Source of the DNA: a virus
Taxonomy: Duplodnaviria > Caudoviricetes
DNA length: 64,000 nt
Reading direction: 5' to 3' (one strand)
IMG/VR virus record: IMGVR_UViG_3300042914_002678
A program made the translations under genes and the position numbers. The stretch's first letter is position 1. Every line of letters begins with the position of its first letter. Shown here piece after piece: positions 46,915-53,682 of the stretch. The notes beneath the pieces were generated by a model that saw only the letters and a list, made by a program, of their open reading frames with translations, did no database searches and was not told where the DNA came from.

Positions 46915-48006
46915 ATGGCACTCTCTTCCGACTACATCCGCACTTCTCTTCAAGCACTTTATGGCAATAATGTCACTGGTGCTGATATTCGCGCCTGGTG
47001 TGCTCTGAACGATTCTAACTATCAGACTGTTACTAAAAAACTTGACCAGTTTAAAGTTGGACGTGGTAAGTGGAACCTTGAAGTAACTCAACAAAAAGTG
47101 GAAGAAATTGAACGTACTTTCCAAGCACCTGCAGTAGTTCCTCCTGTAGAGCAAAACCTTATTCCCGATAAAGATGATACCTTCGTCAAGTTTGGTAACT
47201 TTAGCGATATTAAGAAAATTATTCAGTCCCGTATCTTTTACCCTACGTTCATTACGGGTCTGTCGGGTAACGGTAAAACGTTCTCGGTGGAGCAAGCGTG
47301 TGCTCAACTCAAGCGTGAACTGATTCGCGTTAACATCACTATCGAAACTGACGAGGATGACCTGATTGGTGGTTTCCGTCTGGTGAATGGCGAAACTGTC
47401 TGGCACAATGGTCCTGTGATTGAAGCACTGGAGCGTGGTGCGATCCTGCTGCTGGATGAGATTGACCTTGCTTCTAACAAGATTCTTTGCCTCCAATCTG
47501 TTCTGGAAGGTAAGGGTGTCTTCCTGAAAAAGATTGGTCGCTTCGTGAAACCTGCCGCTGGTTTCAATGTGATTGCTACCGCTAACACCAAGGGTAAGGG
47601 TAGCGATGATGGACGTTTCATTGGCACTAATGTTCTCAATGAAGCGTTCTTGGAGCGGTTCCCTGTGACCTTTGAGCAGTCCTATCCTGCTCCTTCTACT
47701 GAGCAGAAGATTCTGGAAGGCATCGCTCTGGACCTTGGCGTGGAAGACCGTGACTTCTGCAAGCGCCTTGTGGATTGGGCAGATATTATCCGCAAGACCT
47801 TCTACGATGGTGGTATTGAGGAAATCATCAGCACCCGTCGTTTGGTTCACATCATCCGTGCCTACAGCATCTTTGGTAACAAAGCGAAAGCAATTGATGT
47901 TTGTACTGCACGATTTGATGATGAAACCAAGCAAGCCTTCCTAGAACTGTATGATAAGGTTGATGTTGATTTCCAAATGCCTGTTGACGAAGATCAAGCA
48001 AACTGA
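46915..48006 (+). CDS. cobS: CobS-like / MoxR-type AAA+ ATPase
   Basis: GLSGNGKT (Walker A), LLLDEID (Walker B), ATANTKGKG and NVLNEAFLERF; the gene is annotated cobS in cyanomyoviruses. Confidence 0.9.
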   Translation: MALSSDYIRTSLQALYGNNVTGADIRAWCALNDSNYQTVTKKLDQFKVGRGKWNLEVTQQKVEEIERTFQAPAVVPPVEQNLIPDKDDTFVKFGNFSDIKKIIQSRIFYPTFITGLSGNGKTFSVEQACAQLKRELIRVNITIETDEDDLIGGFRLVNGETVWHNGPVIEALERGAILLLDEIDLASNKILCLQSVLEGKGVFLKKIGRFVKPAAGFNVIATANTKGKGSDDGRFIGTNVLNEAFLERFPVTFEQSYPAPSTEQKILEGIALDLGVEDRDFCKRLVDWADIIRKTFYDGGIEEIISTRRLVHIIRAYSIFGNKAKAIDVCTARFDDETKQAFLELYDKVDVDFQMPVDEDQAN

Positions 48007-48012
48007 TAGAAT
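47984..48012 (+). promoter_or_regulatory. Sigma70-type promoter inside the cobS 3' end
   Basis: TTGACG (47984-89), 17 nt spacer, TAGAAT (48007-12). Confidence 0.65.
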
Positions 48013-48014
48013 AT

Positions 48015-48040
48015 GGGGAGGTAAAACTATCTCCCCTTTA
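48015..48040 (+). terminator. Terminator-like hairpin after cobS
   Basis: GGGGAG-N10-CTCCCC followed by TTTA; short T tract. Confidence 0.5.
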
Positions 48041-48042
48041 TT

Positions 48043-48453
48043 ATGGATGAGTATCCTTACGGAACCGAATATGTGTTCTCGATTAATTCAAACGACATGA
48101 TTGAAATTGAAAAAAAATCTGTGAGTATGACCGAACCTAAAAACCATCTCTGGAAATACAACGAAGATAAAATCCTCAAAGATGTTGAGGATTATGTGAC
48201 TAGCACCTATGGTAGTCACTACTGTGGACATAATGAAAACTACAAAGATATTCAAACCATCGATCTGATGGCAGCAAAAGACCTTGCAGTTGGTTTTTGC
48301 CAATCAAATATTCTTAAGTATGGAAGTCGTTATGGTGATAAAGATGGACGCAATAAGCGTGATTTGCTTAAAGTAATTCACTATGCTATGCTTCTGCTTC
48401 ATTTTGATGGGCACTATACCCGCAAAGATAATGGTCTCACCGAATTTCGCTGA
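48043..48453 (+). CDS. Conserved phage protein, DUF3310/SaV-like (possible nucleotide kinase-like); start may be Met at 48127
   Basis: STYGSHY...IQTIDL...GFCQSNILKYGSRYGDK..RNKRDLLKVIHY pattern. Confidence 0.65.
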   Translation: MDEYPYGTEYVFSINSNDMIEIEKKSVSMTEPKNHLWKYNEDKILKDVEDYVTSTYGSHYCGHNENYKDIQTIDLMAAKDLAVGFCQSNILKYGSRYGDKDGRNKRDLLKVIHYAMLLLHFDGHYTRKDNGLTEFR

Positions 48454-48458
48454 ATATT

Positions 48459-49124
48459 ATGAAACTTTCTGATAAAACTCTGACTCTGCTGAAGAACTTT
48501 TCTTCTATTAATCAATCTATCCTTTTCAAGGAAGGTAATAATCTTCGTACCATTTCTGTGATGAAAAACATTCTTGCAGAAGCAACAATTGAAGAAGAAC
48601 TTCCTAAGGATTTTGGTATCTATGATTTGAACCAGTTTTTGAATGGTTTGAATCTTCATCAGAATGCTGAACTTGATTTCCAAAATGATGGTTATGTTGT
48701 CATCAAAGAGGGTAAGTCTCGTTCTAAGTATTTCTTTGCAGACCCTAACGTAATTATTACACCTCCCGAAAAGGATATTGTTCTTCCTAGTGAAGATGTT
48801 TGTTTCCTTCTTGATACCAAAGAACTTGATAAACTCCTTAAGGCTGCTGCTGTTTATCAACTTCCTGACCTGTCTGTGGTTGGTGAAGCAGGTGTGGTGA
48901 AACTGGTGGTTCGTGATAAGAAGAACGATACTTCCAACGACTTCTCTGTGGTTGTTGGCGAAACTGATGAAGTATTCTCCTTCAACTTTAAAGTGGAAAA
49001 CATCAAGATTCTCCCTGGTTCGTATGAAGTGGTTATCTCACGTAAACTTCTGTCACGGTTTAAGAACACTGCATTTGATGTGACTTATCATATTGCTCTG
49101 GAGCCTGATTCTACTTTTGGTTGA
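48459..49124 (+). CDS. gp45: Sliding clamp gp45
   Basis: LLKNFSSINQSILFKEG, FGIYDLNQFL and FKVENIKILPGSY motifs. Confidence 0.96.
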   Translation: MKLSDKTLTLLKNFSSINQSILFKEGNNLRTISVMKNILAEATIEEELPKDFGIYDLNQFLNGLNLHQNAELDFQNDGYVVIKEGKSRSKYFFADPNVIITPPEKDIVLPSEDVCFLLDTKELDKLLKAAAVYQLPDLSVVGEAGVVKLVVRDKKNDTSNDFSVVVGETDEVFSFNFKVENIKILPGSYEVVISRKLLSRFKNTAFDVTYHIALEPDSTFG

Positions 49125-49636
49125 TGAACATTTTTGTTACAAATCCATTTCCTGCTGAGAGTGCTGTTTGTCTTCCCGACAAGCACATCGTTAAAATGCC
49201 ACTAGAGTGTTGTCAAATGCTCTCTATCGTTGCCTCTGACAAGTGGGGACACGGATACGGCACTCTCCCTAAGGCAGATGGAACGCCCTACAAGACCGAG
49301 AAAGGAGCATTTCGCAATCATCCCTGCACCAAGTGGGCTATGGAGAGTATCCATAATGCTTACTGGTTAATTAAGTGGGGATTGAACTTGTCTGATGAAT
49401 ACTGCCTGAGATATAATAAAACTCATTCCTGTTATAAAACTCTTGTGGATGCATACTATTTGTTTCCCAAGGGTAAGATTACAGAAGTGACTCCATTTGC
49501 TCGTGCGATGCCTGAGGAATGGAAATTTGACAACACTATTGATACATTTGAAGCATACAAAAGATACATCGCATCCAAACCTTGGGTGTCTGATAATTAT
49601 CTCCGTATGCCTGAACGCAAACCTGATTGGGTCTAA
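49124..49636 (+). CDS. Pyrimidine-dimer DNA glycosylase-like protein (DenV family)
   Basis: MNIF...A..LPDKHIVKMPLECCQML and HPCTKWA motifs, typical of DenV-related proteins. Confidence 0.75.
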   Translation: MNIFVTNPFPAESAVCLPDKHIVKMPLECCQMLSIVASDKWGHGYGTLPKADGTPYKTEKGAFRNHPCTKWAMESIHNAYWLIKWGLNLSDEYCLRYNKTHSCYKTLVDAYYLFPKGKITEVTPFARAMPEEWKFDNTIDTFEAYKRYIASKPWVSDNYLRMPERKPDWV

Positions 49637-49639
49637 ATT

Positions 49640-50584
49640 ATGACAAGTGAATTTCTTTTTGTGGAGAAGTATCGTCCTCAAGTAATTGATGATTGTATCC
49701 TCCCCGATGAAACTAAAAAAACATTTAAGGAGTTTGTAGAGAAGGGAGAGATTCCAAATCTTCTTCTTGCTGGACCTCCTGGTATTGGTAAGACTACCAT
49801 TGCAAAAGCACTGTGTACTGAATTGGGGGCAGATTATTATGTCATCAACGGATCCGACGAAGGGCGTTTCCTGGATACTGTACGAAACCAAGCAAAGAAC
49901 TTCGCTTCGACCGTCTCACTTACGGGATCTTCTAAACACAAAGTCATCATCATCGATGAGGCAGATAACACAGGCAACGACGTACAACTCCTACTACGGG
50001 CGAATATTGAGGCATTTTATAACAACTGCCGATTCATCTTTACCTGTAATTACAAAAATAAAATCATTGAACCCCTTCATTCTCGATGTGCAGTCATTGA
50101 CTTTACAATCAAGGGGAAGCAGAGGGTACAACTTGCAGGAAATTTCTTCCAAAGGTTGCAATTTATCCTTAATCAAGAAAAGATTGAGTATGATCAAAAA
50201 GTCGTTGCGGAACTTGTATCCAAACACTTTCCCGACTTTCGGCGGGTTTTGAATGAAATTCAGAGGTATTCTACTGGTGGAAAGATTGACTCTGGAATTC
50301 TTGCATCTTTCTCTGACGTATCTGTAAATGAACTTGTTAAAAATCTTAAGGATAAAAACTTTCCTGAAGTCCGAAAGTGGGTGGTCGGGAACTTGGACAA
50401 TGATGCTTCTCATCTACTTCGCAGGGTTTATGACGCCACTTATGATTGCCTTGTTCCCGCATCTATCCCTGCTGCCGTTCTTGTTATTGCTAAGTATCAA
50501 TACCAATGTGCGTTCGTTGCTGACCAAGAAATAAATCTTCTTGCTGCCCTTACTGAACTTATGGTGGAGTGTGAATTCAAATGA
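49640..50584 (+). CDS. gp44: Clamp loader large subunit gp44
   Basis: VEKYRP, GPPGIGKT, IIDEAD, SRC and YQCAFVADQEIN motifs. Confidence 0.97.
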   Translation: MTSEFLFVEKYRPQVIDDCILPDETKKTFKEFVEKGEIPNLLLAGPPGIGKTTIAKALCTELGADYYVINGSDEGRFLDTVRNQAKNFASTVSLTGSSKHKVIIIDEADNTGNDVQLLLRANIEAFYNNCRFIFTCNYKNKIIEPLHSRCAVIDFTIKGKQRVQLAGNFFQRLQFILNQEKIEYDQKVVAELVSKHFPDFRRVLNEIQRYSTGGKIDSGILASFSDVSVNELVKNLKDKNFPEVRKWVVGNLDNDASHLLRRVYDATYDCLVPASIPAAVLVIAKYQYQCAFVADQEINLLAALTELMVECEFK

Positions 50585-50778
50585 ATAAAGAACATCAAGT
50601 AAAAGCAAAGTGGTATTACATTTTCTGGGGTGCTATGGCAGTTGCTGTAGTTGGTGGACAGATTTATGTTGGAACTGGATATCGTGAGATGGCAGAAGCA
50701 ACTAAATCAACTGAAATTTCGGTTTCCTGTGTATTACCTTACGAGACATCTAGAAATAGAAGTGGAGAGTTTGAATGA
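50581..50778 (+). CDS. Small protein with one predicted membrane segment
   Basis: Hydrophobic stretch WYYIFWGAMAVAVVGGQIYVG; ATGA overlaps at both ends. Confidence 0.65.
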   Translation: MNKEHQVKAKWYYIFWGAMAVAVVGGQIYVGTGYREMAEATKSTEISVSCVLPYETSRNRSGEFE

Positions 50779-51617
50779 AAGAACTCAAGACTCCCCTGAG
50801 GTATCCTGGTGGTAAATCCCGTGCTTGTGAAAAGATGGGACCTTATTTTCCAGACCTTCGTAATTATGAAGAATTCCGAGAACCATTTCTTGGTGGAGGA
50901 AGTGTTGCGATTTATATCACAAAGAAGTATCCTGGATTAAATATTTGGGTAAATGATTTATATGAACCTCTTGTAAACTTCTGGCAACAACTCCAGATGT
51001 TTGGTACTGATCTTAAAGATAAACTGGTAGATTTAAAGACAGCAAATAATACTCCCGATTTAGCAAGAGAACTTTTTCTTCACTCAAAAGGGCAGATCAA
51101 TGACCAAAGTTTGCCAAGTATTTATCGTGCTGTGGCTTTCTATATTGTCAATAAGTGTAGTTTTAGTGGTCTTACAGAGAGTTCATCATTTTCACCACAG
51201 GCTTCCAATAACAACTTCAGTCTGCGAGGGATCGAAAAGTTGCCTGCGTATTCTACGCTAATAGCAAATTGGCGTATAACTAATTACTCTTACGACTATT
51301 TGTTGGATGGGAATATGGGTGCTTTTGTGTATCTCGATCCTCCTTATGATATTAAGGATAATCTCTATGGGCGTAAAGGATCAATGCACAAAGGATTTGA
51401 TCACGATAAGTTTGCTGTTGATTGTGATTCTTGTTATATGCATCAACTAATAAGTTATAATTCTGATCAACTAGTCAAAGATCGTTTTAAAAAATGGAAG
51501 ACTGGTGAGTTTGATTTGACTTATACAATGCGTTCTGTTGGTGAATATATGCGAGAGCAAAAAGAAAGAAAGGAACTTTTGCTGTTTAATTATGATAAAA
51601 ATTTGTTATGGAACTGA
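50775..51617 (+). CDS. dam: DNA adenine methyltransferase (Dam/D12 family)
   Basis: LRYPGGKS, EPFLGGGSV (SAM-binding), NDL and YLDPPY motifs. Confidence 0.92.
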   Translation: MKELKTPLRYPGGKSRACEKMGPYFPDLRNYEEFREPFLGGGSVAIYITKKYPGLNIWVNDLYEPLVNFWQQLQMFGTDLKDKLVDLKTANNTPDLARELFLHSKGQINDQSLPSIYRAVAFYIVNKCSFSGLTESSSFSPQASNNNFSLRGIEKLPAYSTLIANWRITNYSYDYLLDGNMGAFVYLDPPYDIKDNLYGRKGSMHKGFDHDKFAVDCDSCYMHQLISYNSDQLVKDRFKKWKTGEFDLTYTMRSVGEYMREQKERKELLLFNYDKNLLWN

Positions 51618-51976
51618 AGGACTGGTTGAATTCAATTAACTTTACAAAAGAGGATTTATCTGAAGATATCAAAGACTATCCTCCGTATATTATTAACAAA
51701 TGCTTGTCGGGTAGCATCGATTGCGTTCTCTTTGCAAATGAAATGAATATTAATCATCATATTGACAAAGATATGCAATATTCGTTTTATCTAAATAGTC
51801 TAAGGAAAAAGAAGAGATTTTCTCCCTGGCTCCGAAAAGATAAGGTTACAGACTTAGAATGTATTAAATCATACTATGGTTATAGTAATGAGAAGGCATC
51901 TCAAGCACTGAAAATCTTAACAAAAGAACAACTTACTTTCATTAAAAAACGACTTGATATTGGAGGAACAAAATGA
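51608..51976 (+). CDS. gp62: Clamp loader small subunit gp62
   Basis: YPPYIINKCLS, ANEMN and YYGYSNEKA motifs. Confidence 0.93.
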   Translation: MELKDWLNSINFTKEDLSEDIKDYPPYIINKCLSGSIDCVLFANEMNINHHIDKDMQYSFYLNSLRKKKRFSPWLRKDKVTDLECIKSYYGYSNEKASQALKILTKEQLTFIKKRLDIGGTK

Positions 51977-52410
51977 CTACTACGGTAGAACCTACTGTTG
52001 AATGGTCTCAAGACCAAATGGTAGAGGTAATTCTTAATGAACCTGATGACTTTTTGAAAGTTCGTGAGACTTTAACTCGCATCGGAGTTGCATCACGTAA
52101 GGAGAAAAAACTTTATCAATCCTGCCATATTCTTCACAAGCAGGGTAAGTATTATATCGTTCACTTTAAAGAACTGTTTGCACTTGACGGTAAACATGCA
52201 AACTTAACAGTAAATGATGTCCAAAGACGTAATCGTATCGTTCGTCTTCTTGCTGATTGGGGATTAATTACTGTTGTAAAAGAAGATAAAGTATCTGATA
52301 TTGCTCCACTTAACCAAATTAAAGTTCTTGCCTATAAGGATAAGGGTGATTGGATTCTTGAGCAAAAGTATAACATTGGCAAGAAAGGAAAAGCAGTAGA
52401 GGTAGAATAA
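51973..52410 (+). CDS. regA: Translational repressor RegA
   Basis: DDFLKVRETLTRIG, LYQSCHILHKQG and YYIVHFKELFALDG motifs. Confidence 0.97.
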   Translation: MTTTVEPTVEWSQDQMVEVILNEPDDFLKVRETLTRIGVASRKEKKLYQSCHILHKQGKYYIVHFKELFALDGKHANLTVNDVQRRNRIVRLLADWGLITVVKEDKVSDIAPLNQIKVLAYKDKGDWILEQKYNIGKKGKAVEVE

Positions 52411-52418
52411 ATAATTCT

Positions 52419-52495
52419 GTGCCATTCGTGCGGCACTCTACAAAAGTCGGAACACCCTAAAGAGAAGTTCGGTTTTTACCGTTCTTCTCTTTTCT
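52419..52495 (+). ncRNA. Putative structured RNA between regA and hsp20
   Basis: Follows a late promoter (52407-13). Hairpin GTGCC/GGCAC, linker AAAAGTCGGAACACCC, long hairpin AAAGAGAAG..CGGT-TTTT-ACCG..CTTCTCTTT. Confidence 0.45.
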
Positions 52496-52504
52496 GTTCT
52501 TTGG

Positions 52505-52512
52505 TATAAATA
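52505..52512 (+). promoter_or_regulatory. Late promoter (TATAAATA) for hsp20
   Basis: Perfect consensus about 60 nt upstream of the hsp20 start. Confidence 0.75.
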
Positions 52513-52517
52513 ATAAT

Positions 52518-52570
52518 GGATGCCGAAAGGGTCCACAAAACACAAACTCGCTTTTAAAGGAGCTACTATA
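52518..52570 (+). promoter_or_regulatory. Structured hsp20 5' UTR, ROSE-like RNA thermometer candidate
   Basis: Hairpin GGATGCC-GAAA-GGGTCC, then CTCGCTT pairs with the Shine-Dalgarno AAGGAG leaving a bulged G. Confidence 0.55.
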
Positions 52571-53005
52571 ATGACTAATCTGATGAAGTATCAGGCTGCG
52601 GATCTTCCTGCCTTGCTGGAAAGAATCAACCGCAATACAATTGGACTAGATGAATATTTTGATCGCATCTTTAGTCTTCACGAAACAACTTCTAACTATC
52701 CCCCATACAATCTTGTTCAAGTTAGCAATGTAGAGTCACGACTGGAACTTGCACTTGCTGGATTTAAAAAGAAGGAGGTTTATGTCTATACGCAAGACGG
52801 AAAACTCTTTGTTGAAGGGCAGAAAGAAGATAAAGAAACGCAGTCAAACTATCTTCACAAAGGTCTGGCTCAACGGAGTTTTACACGTTCCTGGACACTC
52901 TCTGATGACACGGAAGTTCGATCAGTTGATTTTGAGGATGGGCTTCTGACAGTGACTCTTGGTAGAATTGTTCCAGAGCATCATAAGCGAAAGGACTATC
53001 TATAA
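52571..53005 (+). CDS. hsp20: Small heat shock protein Hsp20
   Basis: NYPPYN, LALAGF, YLHKGLAQRSFTRSWTL and DGLLTVTL motifs. Start set at 52571 because AAAGGAG lies 8 nt upstream. Confidence 0.95.
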   Translation: MTNLMKYQAADLPALLERINRNTIGLDEYFDRIFSLHETTSNYPPYNLVQVSNVESRLELALAGFKKKEVYVYTQDGKLFVEGQKEDKETQSNYLHKGLAQRSFTRSWTLSDDTEVRSVDFEDGLLTVTLGRIVPEHHKRKDYL

Positions 53006-53029
53006 ATATAACTGAATATCGTCGGCGCT

Positions 53030-53082
53030 GGGAGGCAACTGGCAAAATCCAGTTGACGCCTCCCCTTTTTCTTGCTAAAATA
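53030..53082 (+). promoter_or_regulatory. Terminator-like hairpin overlapping a sigma70-type promoter
   Basis: GGGAGGC-AACTGG...CCAGTT-GAC-GCCTCCC plus T-tract. -35 TTGACG (53053-58) and extended -10 TGnTAAAAT (53074-82). Confidence 0.65.
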
Positions 53083-53102
53083 TTACTAGGTAAAAGTGTT
53101 TT

Positions 53103-53483
53103 ATGACTATTAAATTGCTGCTTCTCAAATCTGGAGAAGATATCATCGCAAACGTAAATGAAATGGTTGTTGGTGATGAAGAAAACAAAAGAATCGTTGG
53201 ATATTTTCTAGATAGACCTTGTATTGTCAAGATGAGAAGTCCTACGATGATTACTGAAGAAGTTGGAGAGGGTGTACAGAGAACAGGATTTGAAGTGTCC
53301 TTGTTTCCTTGGATGCCACTGTCCAAAGATGAGAGAATCCCAATCCCCGCAGATTGGATGATTACTATGGTTGAACCAGTTGATAAACTAAAAGAAATGT
53401 ACGTTGAGGACATTACACAAAATGGAAAAGACAATAAAGATACTTCTTCTACTGAACAATCAGATTCTGATATCACAGATTGA
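53103..53483 (+). CDS. Conserved hypothetical protein (Sm-like pattern)
   Basis: IKLLLLKSGEDIIA...LFPWMPLS pattern. Confidence 0.75.
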   Translation: MTIKLLLLKSGEDIIANVNEMVVGDEENKRIVGYFLDRPCIVKMRSPTMITEEVGEGVQRTGFEVSLFPWMPLSKDERIPIPADWMITMVEPVDKLKEMYVEDITQNGKDNKDTSSTEQSDSDITD

Positions 53484-53682
53484 GGAAGTATCTGCTGATA
53501 TTGGGGAACCTGACTGTAAACTTGTTAAACCCTTTGTCGTAAAAGAAAATAAAACCTTAGAACCATTCTTGTTTGAAGTGACCAAGCAAGACACATTTAT
53601 GATGAGTTCGGACAAGATACTTACTCTTGCAAATCCAACTCCGACACTTCTTGAAAAATATGAGGACTTGATTAAGGAATGA
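53422..53682 (+). CDS. Conserved hypothetical protein
   Basis: ATG at 53422 (MEKTIKILLL..GEPDCKLVKPF); ATGA overlap with gp43. Confidence 0.7.
   Translation: MEKTIKILLLLNNQILISQIEEVSADIGEPDCKLVKPFVVKENKTLEPFLFEVTKQDTFMMSSDKILTLANPTPTLLEKYEDLIKE

Noticed and set aside
46504-47934. 476-aa minus-strand ORF antisense to cobS
   Set aside because: No recognisable motifs, promoter or RBS; it is the mirror frame of a strongly codon-biased gene. All credible genes in the window are on the + strand.
46915-48006. cobS as evidence of phage cobalamin biosynthesis
   Set aside because: No cobN or other pathway gene is in the window; the sequence supports only a MoxR-type AAA+ ATPase.
52520-52570. ORF-track N-terminal extension of Hsp20 (MPKGSTKHKL...)
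   Set aside because: This ATG lies at the predicted transcript 5' end inside a hairpin. The strong SD AAAGGAG points to ATG 52571.
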